A DNA stretch of 55,762 bases from Vulcanimicrobiota bacterium (GCA_964657315.1 CAZZUZ010000001.1:1-55762); one strand, 5' to 3'; positions 18,488 through 28,006 are shown, counted from the stretch's first letter. Numbers and translations are program-made. The notes: generated by a model not told the origin, from the letters alone.

Positions 18488-18922
18488 TTAGAGCTCGTCG
18501 CCGGACACCGGCATCCCGTTATCGATGACCTTGCGCGGTCGGCCGAGCGGCTTGCCGTTCGCGCTGACCTTCGCCGTCACGTTGAGCGGAACGTTGATCG
18601 TTTGCGCGGCCGATGCCGCAACGGCCGCCGCCTGCTCCGCGCGCGCCGCGTGCGCGCTGTGCACGGCTGCCGCTTCGATCGCAGAATCGTTCGGGACCGT
18701 GACTTCGAGCGTGACGGTCGGGGGCTCGACCTCGACCGGGTCGAACCCGTTCGCAATGAGCCAGGCTACCTGGTGCTCGCTCATCTTCGCGCCGAGCGGC
18801 TGGGTTTCGACCTTGCCGTGCGGCGTCATGATCATCGTGCCCGCTCGGCCGTCGAGACGATACCATCTCACGCCGGTTCCGGACTCGTCGAAATAGCGGA
18901 CGGGGGCATCGAATCCGTGCAA
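18488..18922 (-). CDS. hypothetical protein (start uncertain; alternative GTG at 18871)
   Basis: 144 aa ORF that overlaps the upstream small ORF by 55 nt if the ATG at 18922 is used. Confidence 0.4.
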   Translation of the reverse strand: MHGFDAPVRYFDESGTGVRWYRLDGRAGTMIMTPHGKVETQPLGAKMSEHQVAWLIANGFDPVEVEPPTVTLEVTVPNDSAIEAAAVHSAHAARAEQAAAVAASAAQTINVPLNVTAKVSANGKPLGRPRKVIDNGMPVSGDEL

Positions 18923-19041
18923 GGCTGCTCCTCTGCGGCTTTCTTCGCCGCTTTTATTTTCTTGACGCGATCAACCGTCGCCTTACGCGACGTCACATGC
19001 GGCAGCGCGGATGCGCCTTCGTAGCTGAGTTCTTTGGGCAT
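18868..19041 (-). CDS. hypothetical 57-aa protein
   Basis: ATG at 19041 preceded by AGGAGG. N-terminus MPKELSYEGAS... followed by a Lys/Ala-rich helix. Confidence 0.35.
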   Translation of the reverse strand: MPKELSYEGASALPHVTSRKATVDRVKKIKAAKKAAEEQPCTDSMPPSAISTSPEPA

Positions 19042-19143
19042 CGTGACCTCCTGATCAATTCGAAGATGCGAGACGTCGTACCGACGGCCGAGGCCATTCC
19101 TGCGCGTCCTCACGGATAGCGCCGTCTCGCAATCGTTGATCGA

Positions 19144-19392
19144 TTAGGCCGTGGTTGTAGCGCTCAGGGCACCCGAACCTTGACTCACAAGAACGGTACA
19201 GGGCGCGTTGGGATTGATGCCCGCGAGCGCCGACGTCGGGACCATCAGCGTGAGGTATCCCGAGATCCCGCCGAGCGGCTCGATCCGCACGTTGATCGTC
19301 GAGTAGCCTTCGGTGTTCGCGTCGATCTCGACGTCTTTCGTCGTTTGGGCGACGAGGTAGCCTAACGCCTGAGTGATTACGGTAGCTGCCAT
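19144..19392 (-). CDS. small capsid-associated protein (decoration-like position)
   Basis: 82 aa directly after the major capsid gene with an AAGGAGG site. Confidence 0.45.
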   Translation of the reverse strand: MAATVITQALGYLVAQTTKDVEIDANTEGYSTINVRIEPLGGISGYLTLMVPTSALAGINPNAPCTVLVSQGSGALSATTTA

Positions 19393-19458
19393 TTCAGCAA
19401 GCCTCCTTGAACGAAGTGAGAAGAAGAGGCGCCGCCTTTAGAACGGCGCTGCTGTTGG

Positions 19459-20601
19459 TCAGCTACGGAGCAGCTGGACGCGACCGAGGCCGATCGACGG
19501 CGATAATGCGGCGAGCCCTGCCATCATATAGGGAATGGCCATCTCGACGAGCTGGCCGTTCACGCCGGTCGGGATGCGGAGGATCGACGGTTCGGGATTG
19601 CCGAGGTACGGGATGACGAGCTTGTCCGTATCGATGATGAACATGTCTTCGACCGAATGCGACGCGCCGCCGATCGTCTGCGTGTAGACGTTGTAGCCCG
19701 AACCCATCGCCGGCACGACCATGATCGGGATCTGGCCCTGATTCGTCGAGACCGTCTTGACGTTGTAGTTCGGCGCAATGAGCATCCCGTTATTGTTCGG
19801 GACGTAGCGCACGTACGCGATTTCGTCCTGAAGCAGCTGCTCAGCCGCGAAGCTGGAGCAGACGATGATCATCTGCGTCGCATCCGCGCCCTTATCGAAC
19901 ATCGCGTCGATCACGGAGCGCACGCCGAAGAGCACCCGGTGGTCCGTCCACGGCGGGTTTGAGACGTTGACCGCGACCGAGTTCTCGGGCGGGGTTTGAT
20001 TGTTGAGGATGAACCGCAGGCCGTTGAAGCCGTTGGGATCGTACGCGCCGTCGGGGTTCGTGTATTTGTTTGCGCCCGTGTGCGCCGCGTCGTTGAGCGT
20101 TTCCTGATAGCGCAGCGTCTCGTTCTGGAAGTCGCGCGCTAGCGTCGTGAGGCCGCCCTGCAACTCGAGATCGAACAGGTCCGTGCCTTGCGCGCGGCCC
20201 GCGAGCGACGCTTTGAGCGACGCACTACGCCGTTCGGCGAAGATCGCGATGTTGGTCGTCTGCCGAACGTACGCGTTCGCGTCGTCATTGACGAAGCCGG
20301 TCTCCGCGATCGTGTTCGGATCGCTCGTCTCGGTGAACGCGACTTGCTGCGCCCACGTGTGCGAGATACCGTTCGACGGCACTTTCCGCAGAAGATCCCA
20401 CAGCGGGAACTTGCGGACGAAGAGCGGGATGACCGAGCCGAGCGGACCCGTCGTGAAGATCGGGGACGAGGTATCGGAGTTCGCGCCGTAGCCGGCCTTC
20501 TGCGAAATCTCGCCCGCAAGCCGCTGCTCCATGCCCAAGAAATGGTTACGCGGAAGATCCTTGGTGACGGGCTTCCAGTGCGTGAAATGCTGATTTTCCA
20601 A
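19459..20601 (-). CDS. major capsid protein (HK97-fold type)
   Basis: 380 aa downstream of the protease-scaffold gene. Confidence 0.85.
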   Translation of the reverse strand: MENQHFTHWKPVTKDLPRNHFLGMEQRLAGEISQKAGYGANSDTSSPIFTTGPLGSVIPLFVRKFPLWDLLRKVPSNGISHTWAQQVAFTETSDPNTIAETGFVNDDANAYVRQTTNIAIFAERRSASLKASLAGRAQGTDLFDLELQGGLTTLARDFQNETLRYQETLNDAAHTGANKYTNPDGAYDPNGFNGLRFILNNQTPPENSVAVNVSNPPWTDHRVLFGVRSVIDAMFDKGADATQMIIVCSSFAAEQLLQDEIAYVRYVPNNNGMLIAPNYNVKTVSTNQGQIPIMVVPAMGSGYNVYTQTIGGASHSVEDMFIIDTDKLVIPYLGNPEPSILRIPTGVNGQLVEMAIPYMMAGLAALSPSIGLGRVQLLRS

Positions 20602-20661
20602 GAGGGTGTCTCCAAACGAAAACGAGCCCGCCCGAAAGAGCGCGCTCGAAAGGAATGGCGA

Positions 20662-20689
20662 CGAAAAAGAGACGCTACGTCATAGCGTC
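20662..20689 (-). terminator. terminator-like hairpin between scaffold and capsid genes
   Basis: GACGCUA-UGACG-UAGCGUC, a 7-bp perfect stem, followed by UCUUUUUCG on the minus strand. Confidence 0.35.
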
Positions 20690-20718
20690 ATTCTCAATCG
20701 GCGCGGAAGATAGGGCGA

Positions 20719-22575
20719 CTAGGCTCGGTCGCGTGCTGCCGTTCCGCGCGTCGATACGTCCCGGCTCACCGTTCGGACTTGATCGTGCGTGGATTGGTAG
20801 TACGCGTCGACTGAGGCTAGGGGCTCGCTCTCGTTCTGGATGCTCCCGCCGGCGACGTACGAACGTCGGCCCGTCGGGGTTGCTTTTAGTTTTGCGAGCT
20901 TCTCGTCGAGCGACGTTTGCTCGGCGAGTTTTTTCGCCAGGTCCGCGTCGAGCGCGGCGACCTGGGATTTCTTGGTAGCGATCTCCGTTTCGATCGCAGC
21001 CGACTTCGCACGCATGTCGGCGAGCGAACGCGCGGCGTAATCGTTCGTCGGGTCGTCGAGCAGCGCGTCGCCCGGCAGCTCGTACTCATCGCCGACCATC
21101 GACTTCACTGCGGCGTGCGCCTTGCGAAGATGGTCCGCACTCTCTTTGTGCATCCCGGGCGCGATCGCGCGCTTGATCGCACGGAGCGACTTCACCGCCT
21201 TGCGGCGCAGTTTATCGCCCGCGTCGCCGTCCGGGATGATCGCCGCAGCGTCATCGCTATCGTCGATCCCCTTGATGCTCTTGAGCGCTTTCGTCGGTGG
21301 GGCGGCGGGCGGCGGGGTCGCGCCGGCGGGTTTTGCGACCGGAGCGACCGGCGCTCCCTGCGTCACGTCGGCTTTCGGATCGGGACCCGTACCGGCCGTC
21401 ACTTCGGCGCCCGAATGCGCATCCTGACGACCCTGCTCCGCATGCTGCTCGGGGCGCGACGCGAGGTGCTCGGGACCACCCTGATGGCCGTCGTTGTCCT
21501 CACCGTGCAGGCGCGCGGGCGCGGGAGCGGCGTTGTTCGGGCTGACCGGATTGGATTCGCTCGGCTGACCCTCACCCGTTACGTGCGACGAGCCGATCTG
21601 CGGCACCGCAGGCGGCTCGTCCGCGTTCGGCGGCCCGACGCTCGGGTGCGCGCTCGTCGGCGAATCGGCGGGCGCGACCGGCCGATCGCGCGTCGGCGTC
21701 GCGTTGGGATTCTCGGGCGCGGTATTGCCGCTGTGGTCGTCGTTCGCGTCTTCACGCGTGCCGGTCGCTCGAGTATGCAAGCGGATATCCTCCGGGCGAA
21801 CACCGCCCAATAGCGATTTGCGCATGATCGACCGCAGTTCGGGACGACGCTGCGAGGGTGCGATCGATTTTGCGACCGCGCTGATATTGGAGCGAAGCCC
21901 CTTGGTCATCTCGGCGACGAACCCGACGCCCTTCGTGTACGTGCGGCGGTTCGCCGGGATGCCGACGAGGCTCACTTCGAGCAGCTCGATATCGTTGACG
22001 AGCAACCCCGAAAACCAATCGTCCTCGTCTTTGAAATCGACGTCCGTGAAGATACCGCCGATCGACCACCCGAGTTTGATCCCGTTCTGAACGATCTGCC
22101 AGCATTTCACTGCGCGCGGATTATCGGCGCTGATGCGCGAGACGATCTCGAAGTCGAGGCAGTCGCCGAGTTTCGCGTCCGTCGCGCGCTTGATCGACGC
22201 CTCGGCGATCTGGCCGAGGATGCTCTCGGGGATCGTGTAGACGTGATCGAGGAACTGCGTCATGCCGTGCGCTTGCGAGAGCATGGACGCCTGGCAATTA
22301 TCGGTGAGCGTATCGCCCATCCGGTCTTCGGTCGACGAAGAAGCCGTGCCGGCGAGGAACATTTCGTCCCCGTCGTCGATCAGCGACTTGCGCGAGCCCT
22401 GAACGACCTGCGCACGCCGCTCGTCGAGATCGATCGGCACGCCGGACTTCGTGTGGGCGAACGCCCCGACGTTGGTCGGAAAGACGGCGCGGAATGCGGC
22501 CGGATGGGTCGCGAGGATTTCGTCCCGCTGACGCATCGTCTCGTCGACGTACGGCTCGTCCTTGACGGTCGGCAT
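20719..22575 (-). CDS. prohead protease (HK97/S78-like) fused to a Pro/Ala-rich linker and coiled-coil scaffold-like C-terminus
   Basis: The N-terminal ~250 aa are protease-like (...LDHVYT...GWSIGG...EVSLVGIPANRRTY). A long P/A/G-rich low-complexity stretch follows, then a Lys/Ala/Glu-rich helical tail. Confidence 0.75.
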   Translation of the reverse strand: MPTVKDEPYVDETMRQRDEILATHPAAFRAVFPTNVGAFAHTKSGVPIDLDERRAQVVQGSRKSLIDDGDEMFLAGTASSSTEDRMGDTLTDNCQASMLSQAHGMTQFLDHVYTIPESILGQIAEASIKRATDAKLGDCLDFEIVSRISADNPRAVKCWQIVQNGIKLGWSIGGIFTDVDFKDEDDWFSGLLVNDIELLEVSLVGIPANRRTYTKGVGFVAEMTKGLRSNISAVAKSIAPSQRRPELRSIMRKSLLGGVRPEDIRLHTRATGTREDANDDHSGNTAPENPNATPTRDRPVAPADSPTSAHPSVGPPNADEPPAVPQIGSSHVTGEGQPSESNPVSPNNAAPAPARLHGEDNDGHQGGPEHLASRPEQHAEQGRQDAHSGAEVTAGTGPDPKADVTQGAPVAPVAKPAGATPPPAAPPTKALKSIKGIDDSDDAAAIIPDGDAGDKLRRKAVKSLRAIKRAIAPGMHKESADHLRKAHAAVKSMVGDEYELPGDALLDDPTNDYAARSLADMRAKSAAIETEIATKKSQVAALDADLAKKLAEQTSLDEKLAKLKATPTGRRSYVAGGSIQNESEPLASVDAYYQSTHDQVRTVSRDVSTRGTAARDRA

Positions 22576-22699
22576 GCAGTTGTGGGTCCTTTTCGCGGAA
22601 CGGGTTTAGGCGCCGCGATTAGGGCGCGAGGCTTGGACTAGCGTGACGGCGAGTCGTTATCGTCGAAGAGTTGCAGATGACAATCAAACGCCGACTCGA

Positions 22700-22981
22700 T
22701 CATGAGGCACTTTCTCGTATCGGTCGATAAAGAACAAAACGCATCAGGCCTTTTAGTTGCGAGCCAAGGGGCGGCACACTCAATCGTCGTTTGTGCGGAT
22801 TGAAGTGGCCCCACTGAATTACGGAGCATCCGCGACACGACCGATGGCGGATCTGTACAAGGATATACTCAAACTGCCGGGTTTCATCGGGAGCGCACCG
22901 TGAGTATTCGCGCACGGGTTCGTACGTCCAAGGCTTCCATATGTGGAAACGGCAGCACCGACCAGTAGCGTCGTCGTTCAT
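22700..22981 (-). CDS. hypothetical protein in AT-rich island (frame uncertain)
   Basis: 93-aa ORF that overlaps ORF 22638..22838 in another frame. No recognisable motif. Confidence 0.2.
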   Translation of the reverse strand: MNDDATGRCCRFHIWKPWTYEPVREYSRCAPDETRQFEYILVQIRHRSCRGCSVIQWGHFNPHKRRLSVPPLGSQLKGLMRFVLYRPIRESAS

Positions 22982-23105
22982 GAATTCCTCTTACAACCGG
23001 CTGAGAATTATCGCGTCTGGCGCCTAAGTTAATTGAGCGGATGCTCGGGCGTCTGTGGCTTCGGTGGTTCGGGCACGGAAAGAACATCGGGCGCAGGCGA
23101 CTCGT

Positions 23106-23312
23106 TCATCTCGTCCACATTTTATCAAGCCGAGGCGTGGCCGGTGGTAGGCCGCTATTGTTTCGTTGCGTTTTATTACCCGCAATTTTTGAACGATACG
23201 ACTTTGTTCCAAGGCCAATTAAAAGCTGAGCGCGGTAAATTCTCCACTGACACACAAGCAGAATGACGTCAAGGACAGCAAGCGTTACTATTGCGACGAT
23301 CATGAGACTCAC
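23106..23312 (-). CDS. single-pass membrane protein in AT-rich island
   Basis: GTG overlaps the portal stop (GTGA), with an alternative ATG at 23303. Hydrophobic IVAIVTLAVLDVILLV followed by a basic tail. Confidence 0.4.
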   Translation of the reverse strand: MSLMIVAIVTLAVLDVILLVCQWRIYRAQLLIGLGTKSYRSKIAGNKTQRNNSGLPPATPRLDKMWTR

Positions 23313-24706
23313 TCGTTCACCCCGTTCGAATCATTGCCGTCCGTTTTGTTCGGCGTCTCGTCGGCATCACCGAGGTTCGCGGCATCCGTGCTCGCCTCGT
23401 CGTCCGGCTTACTGCCGAGACTCGATCCGCCCGTCCACGGCCCCTTCGAGGCGATCCACGGTGCATCGCCCCACGCCACCGGCTCTAGGCCGTCGCGCGC
23501 GCGGATCTCGTTCGGTGTGAGCGCGCCCATCGCGATTTGCTTCGCGTCGAGATCCGCTTGCGCGAGCGCGTCTCGAGCGTTGAGGTCGCTGAGAACGAAG
23601 CCGTGGTTTTCGTCGAACTCGGCGACGATCTCACGGGTAACGAACTCTTCGACGAGTCGTCCGAGAGACCGATGCCCTTCGTCCGTGAGCGCCTGCTGAT
23701 GACCGCCCGTGTCTTTGTGCAGGTTCGCCGTGAGGTTAAAGACGCCGAGGTCAAGTTCGAACGCCGCCGCAACCTTCGTCGCGATCCAAGTCCGATACGA
23801 CTGCCGCTCAAGGTCGCGCGCGGACTGCTGCATGCTGATCCACGTCGCGCTACGCGACACCGGATTTCCATTCGCATCTATGCCCGCGCCGCCGATGATT
23901 CCGACGCGCCGCTGGCCTTCGAGTTCGGACTCGTAGTATTCGCGGAACGCCTCGGTATCGGTGTTCGAGAGCGCCCCGAGATCGATGAGGCCCGCAGGTG
24001 CGGTCTGGCGCAGCATGTCGTAATCGAAGTCGTCGCCGTAGAGGTCGGCTTCGATGCTGCGCGCGAGCGATTCGACCGGCGACCATCCGATCGCCGAGAA
24101 ACTGCGCGGCGAATTCATCATGTAGACGAGCTCGTCGTTGCGAAAACTCGCTACCTTACGCCCGTTGATGAATTGATCGTACCGCGGCTGCCTCGGGGTC
24201 TCGCCGTCCCACTCGGGATTCGGCGCGATCGTCGCGCCGTCGACCGCGTAGAGCGCCGCGATCTTCCCGCCGAGCGTTTTTTCTTTCTCGATGCAGCCCG
24301 CGTCAAGGACGAGCAGGTCTTCGAGCACCATGTCCATCAGCGACCGGAACGACTCGCGCTTCGGGTTGACGTATCGGAACAGATCGCCAACCGCATTGAC
24401 GACGCACGGGTCCGGAGGCCGCTGCGGATCGTCGAGGCGAACGATCTGCCAGCGGGCCTGCGAGATCTGCCGCTTGCGGCGATTGATCGCGATCCGAACC
24501 CATTCGTTCGTATCCGCCCACCGGCGTAGCATTTCGGCCGGCCGACGGCGATCGGCGCGCTGTGCGTGATTGACGAACGACGACTTCGGGACGTTGCCGA
24601 CCGATGCGGACCGGATAGCCGGAGCGGCGATTTCACGCGTCTCGCCGGATTCCGGCGACGGGCCGAACGTGAACGCCGAAGCGAATCGTTGAAGGAGCGA
24701 GGGCAT
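23309..24706 (-). CDS. portal protein
   Basis: 465 aa immediately after the large terminase. Confidence 0.85.
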   Translation of the reverse strand: MPSLLQRFASAFTFGPSPESGETREIAAPAIRSASVGNVPKSSFVNHAQRADRRRPAEMLRRWADTNEWVRIAINRRKRQISQARWQIVRLDDPQRPPDPCVVNAVGDLFRYVNPKRESFRSLMDMVLEDLLVLDAGCIEKEKTLGGKIAALYAVDGATIAPNPEWDGETPRQPRYDQFINGRKVASFRNDELVYMMNSPRSFSAIGWSPVESLARSIEADLYGDDFDYDMLRQTAPAGLIDLGALSNTDTEAFREYYESELEGQRRVGIIGGAGIDANGNPVSRSATWISMQQSARDLERQSYRTWIATKVAAAFELDLGVFNLTANLHKDTGGHQQALTDEGHRSLGRLVEEFVTREIVAEFDENHGFVLSDLNARDALAQADLDAKQIAMGALTPNEIRARDGLEPVAWGDAPWIASKGPWTGGSSLGSKPDDEASTDAANLGDADETPNKTDGNDSNGVNE

Positions 24707-24737
24707 CTATCGGGACCCTCCGCCTCCGTGGACGCAT

Positions 24738-26393
24738 CTAGCGCTTCGCGCCGCCGCCGCCGAACGTAAACGTCCCGGCCTTGACCGACCGTATCGGGGT
24801 CACGGCCTTCGGCGCGACCGAGCCGATCGAAAGAGCCGACGTCGCGCCGAGTTTCTTTAGCCCGACTTCGTTCAGCCAGAACGCGAGCACCGTATCGTCG
24901 TGCGCCTCGACCCCGAGGCCATGCAGCTCGTTCACGAAGATATCGACGAACGCACGCGACCGCTCGTCGCCGTACGGCAGCTCGATCTGATCGGCTTCGA
25001 AAAGCGCTTGCAGGGACGGAATACCTTCGTAGATATCCACCCGCACGCCGCGACCGGTTACGTGCTGCTTGATCGGCAGATCACCGCGGCCGGCGGTGAG
25101 GAGTGACGACGCGAACCACCGCTGCGCCTGATTCGCTTCGACCGTCGCGACTTTCAGGGAAGCGACGTAGCGCCGCAGCGTCGATTCCGCAAGGCTGATC
25201 TGCGGCGTCATGCCGAGCCCGCGCTTGCGTTCGCCCCACAGGAGCGTCCGCCGTCCGGTCGCGGCCTTGCGCCACACCTGGATGACCGTATAGTCACCGT
25301 CGGCCTTCTGCGCTTGCCGTTCGTCTTCGATGATCGCAAGGTCGATCGCGGCCGTTACGGGGTCGGTCTCGCCCTCGGCCGTGCCGTATGTCTCGACGAA
25401 CCCGATATCGCGGTTCTTCGCCCGCTCAAGCATCCACATCGGGAAGAGCGACGTCTCATCGTTCGTCGCGACGTTGCGGTAGTCTCGGTTAAACGTCAGC
25501 GACCCGATCGCGTTCTTCTTGGATTGCAGCGCGTCCCAGTCCCAGCGAGCCGGCCACAGCGTGATCTTCCGCTCTTCGTTCACGATCGCGTCGTAGCGCT
25601 TGAAGAACCACTCTGAGCCGGGCTCTTTCGATTTACGCTCGATCCGCATCAGCAGATCGTCGTTATGCTTCGCCGTTCCGACAACGAGCGCGCACCCGGT
25701 CGGCTCAAGCGTGCCGAGGAAGTCTCCGTCGAACCATTCTTGCAGCTTGTCGCGCTGCCGTTGCGTCATCGAGTTCTCAAGGTCGGCGAGGTCATCGCCG
25801 AAGACCCAATCGGACCGGCCGCCCTGCACCGGCTTTTGCGATCCAACCGCGCGCCACGTCGGCGACTGCGAGCTCGACTCGCGTCGAACGATCAGCTCGG
25901 TCTGCGTCCACTTTTCGGCAATGTCGGGCTTGAACGGCCCAAAATCTTCGATCAGCAGTTCGTTGATCTCAAGCTCGCGGCGGTTCGCGCGCATGAAGCG
26001 CTCGGCGAGATCCGAGTTCACCGCACCGTTGACGATCCGCAAGTTCGGATCTTGCGTACACGTTAGCCAGAGCGGGGCGATCTTCGTGAAGATCGTCGAC
26101 TTCGCGTGCGACTTCGGCGCCTGAATGCCGACGAACCGCAATTCTTTGCGGACCATCTGAAGAAAGATGCCGTACCATTCACGATGGACGGGCGCCGGCG
26201 TGATCGGTCGGCCGTCGTCGTCCCGAAGATAGATCCACGCGAAGTACGCGGGGTGGAGTCGCGCCGCAACTCGACGCTCAGCCTGGCTCGGCAGCCGCCC
26301 CGAAGAGAGCCGCGAGAGCGCGCTCTGCAAGAGCTGCCGCGTCGGCGTCGAGGGCGACGCCGTGCTCGATGTCATGCTCGATCGTCCCGCCAT
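24738..26393 (-). CDS. terminase large subunit
   Basis: 551 aa with a Walker A-like QAPKSHAKST and a nuclease half. All in-frame start candidates (ATG 26393 or 26375) lie upstream of the terS stop, so the genes overlap by about 100 nt. Confidence 0.85.
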   Translation of the reverse strand: MAGRSSMTSSTASPSTPTRQLLQSALSRLSSGRLPSQAERRVAARLHPAYFAWIYLRDDDGRPITPAPVHREWYGIFLQMVRKELRFVGIQAPKSHAKSTIFTKIAPLWLTCTQDPNLRIVNGAVNSDLAERFMRANRRELEINELLIEDFGPFKPDIAEKWTQTELIVRRESSSQSPTWRAVGSQKPVQGGRSDWVFGDDLADLENSMTQRQRDKLQEWFDGDFLGTLEPTGCALVVGTAKHNDDLLMRIERKSKEPGSEWFFKRYDAIVNEERKITLWPARWDWDALQSKKNAIGSLTFNRDYRNVATNDETSLFPMWMLERAKNRDIGFVETYGTAEGETDPVTAAIDLAIIEDERQAQKADGDYTVIQVWRKAATGRRTLLWGERKRGLGMTPQISLAESTLRRYVASLKVATVEANQAQRWFASSLLTAGRGDLPIKQHVTGRGVRVDIYEGIPSLQALFEADQIELPYGDERSRAFVDIFVNELHGLGVEAHDDTVLAFWLNEVGLKKLGATSALSIGSVAPKAVTPIRSVKAGTFTFGGGGAKR

Positions 26394-26961
26394 CCTTGCC
26401 GGTCAACTCGACTCGCTGCGTCACGCCGCGTTCGAGGCCGTGCACCTTGCTCTGCGCCTGAAGTACCGCGATCGCGATCTTGACCGCATCGACGCCGTTG
26501 ACAGCCCCGCTGCCAAGTTCGGCCAGCGCAAGCGGGACCGTCAGCGCGACAAGATCGGAGTAATGGCGCACCTGCGATTCGTGAACCGAGAGCGCCTCGG
26601 CAACTTGACGCTCGGCGGCCTCTTCGCGAAACCGGCGCGAGACGTCACGCTGGAAATCCGACCGGCGATCGACCCAGGACTGGCCTTCATTCGACCCGTC
26701 GTCCGCTCGACCATGAATCTCCACCGTGTTCTTGCGCACGCCGATCCGACGACCGATATCAGCGAACGATTCCGTCCCGGTGACGTACTCTTCGCGGACC
26801 CCGACCCAATTGATCTTGTCCGGCTTCTCACGACGTGCGCCCTTGATCCGCCCGATCGCCTCGGCTTCGTCGTCGCTGCGGACGAGATCGACCAGCCCCT
26901 TTGCGGCACGCTTCGAGGGCGGCGTCAGAGGCTTGCGCTTCGCAGTCCCATCCTTCGCCAT
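26278..26961 (-). CDS. terminase small subunit
   Basis: 227 aa upstream of terL, with an HTH-like ...SFADIGRRIGVRKNTV... segment. Confidence 0.6.
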   Translation of the reverse strand: MAKDGTAKRKPLTPPSKRAAKGLVDLVRSDDEAEAIGRIKGARREKPDKINWVGVREEYVTGTESFADIGRRIGVRKNTVEIHGRADDGSNEGQSWVDRRSDFQRDVSRRFREEAAERQVAEALSVHESQVRHYSDLVALTVPLALAELGSGAVNGVDAVKIAIAVLQAQSKVHGLERGVTQRVELTGKDGGTIEHDIEHGVALDADAAALAERALAALFGAAAEPG

Positions 26962-26971
26962 ACCCAGATCC

Positions 26972-27091
26972 TTAATTCGCCGAGAAGTACCCGAGCAGCA
27001 CGCGCCCGTAGCCGCAACGCGGATCCCAGAAGCTGCACATGACGCGCGGGCCCGTGTCGTTCACATCGGCGATGATCGTCGCCGGAACCAT
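26972..27091 (-). CDS. micro-ORF, 39 aa
   Basis: MVPATIIADVNDTGPRVMCSFWDPRCGYGRVLLGYFSAN. The ATG shares a base with the upstream TGA. Confidence 0.4.
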   Translation of the reverse strand: MVPATIIADVNDTGPRVMCSFWDPRCGYGRVLLGYFSAN

Positions 27092-27186
27092 CACCGCAAG
27101 CCCTCGGCCTTGAGCAGCAGAAACGCCGCGATCGGCATGCACGCGAGGAGCGCGAACACCGCGCCCGCGTCCAGCCAGCTCAGCAT
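27091..27186 (-). CDS. micro-ORF, 31-aa transmembrane peptide
   Basis: MLSWLDAGAVFALLACMPIAAFLLLKAEGLR. High GC3. Overlaps both neighbours. Confidence 0.4.
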   Translation of the reverse strand: MLSWLDAGAVFALLACMPIAAFLLLKAEGLR

Positions 27187-27353
27187 TCGTCCATCTCAAG
27201 GCTTGCCGGTCCGTCCGGCAGATCGATCTCGACCGACTCCGCCTGGAGCGACGTCAGGGAGAGTTCGTGGGCGACGTACGCCTTCGCGGCGTCGATGGAC
27301 GGCATGTGCTCGATCGGGACGCGGATGACGGCCAGGTAGGCGGGCTCGGTCAT
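27180..27353 (-). CDS. micro-ORF, 57 aa
   Basis: Start MTEPAYLAV..., with an ATGA overlap onto the upstream stop. Confidence 0.45.
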   Translation of the reverse strand: MTEPAYLAVIRVPIEHMPSIDAAKAYVAHELSLTSLQAESVEIDLPDGPASLEMDEC

Positions 27354-27577
27354 ACCGTGACCGATTTGGCGCATCGATGCGCAACCGCGACGTCGACAAT
27401 ACTCCCGCACGTCAGACAAGGCGCAACGTGTGGCCCCATTACGAACGGGCCTGGCGGAACGACCGGAACATCACTCACGCCCGTCACGACATTCATCTTC
27501 GTTGAGCCCGCGTGGTCACACGCCATAGCCCACGGCGCCATGCCACGACCGCAGGCCGCACAGATCCATGCGTTCAT
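27350..27577 (-). CDS. 75-aa Cys-rich protein
   Basis: MNAWICAACGRG...CLTCGS...; ATGA overlap with the upstream ORF. Confidence 0.45.
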   Translation of the reverse strand: MNAWICAACGRGMAPWAMACDHAGSTKMNVVTGVSDVPVVPPGPFVMGPHVAPCLTCGSIVDVAVAHRCAKSVTV

Positions 27578-27663
27578 CGCATCCGTCCTATGACCGCACC
27601 GATCCACGTGAATGCGCAGAGCGTGACGAGGACGATGCAGGCAACGATTATCGCGACGATCAT
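27574..27663 (-). CDS. micro-ORF, 29-aa transmembrane peptide
   Basis: MIVAIIVACIVLVTLCAFTWIGAVIGRMR. ATGA overlaps at both ends. Confidence 0.4.
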   Translation of the reverse strand: MIVAIIVACIVLVTLCAFTWIGAVIGRMR

Positions 27664-27845
27664 GCGCCGTCCGCCACGCCGTGCGTGAAAGATGCGCCTG
27701 AGAGATTCCCGTGCTCGTCGAACGACAGCGAGATCGCATCTTCGTCCGCGTTGAGCAGCTCGATGTACCGCTTCTGCCCGGTCGGGTCCGAGAAGACCGA
27801 CGTGATGCCGTTCGCGATCGCGAGCGCCTTATCGAACTCGTTCAT
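27660..27845 (-). CDS. hypothetical 61-aa protein
   Basis: Present in the ORF track. ATGA overlaps at both ends. Confidence 0.5.
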   Translation of the reverse strand: MNEFDKALAIANGITSVFSDPTGQKRYIELLNADEDAISLSFDEHGNLSGASFTHGVADGA

Positions 27846-28006
27846 TCCGATTTCGCGCGCAGCGCGATGCCTGTAAGGATGATCGCGCCATCGTCCATCG
27901 TACGATCGCGGAGCTGGCGCATATCCGCTTCAGCGAATGCTGCGGCGACCGCTCCGAATGCTTCAGGCGGTACCTCAAGTATCGACACAGTGTGCGTCGA
28001 ATGCAT
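27842..28006 (-). CDS. hypothetical 54-aa protein
   Basis: MHSTHTVSILEVPPEAFGAV.... Below the ORF-track size cutoff and coupled to both neighbours. Confidence 0.45.
   Translation of the reverse strand: MHSTHTVSILEVPPEAFGAVAAAFAEADMRQLRDRTMDDGAIILTGIALRAKSE

Noticed and set aside
19429-19449. GC hairpin after the major capsid gene
   Set aside because: It has a 6-bp stem but is followed by CUCUUCUUC rather than a U-run. It is mentioned only as a possible partial terminator.
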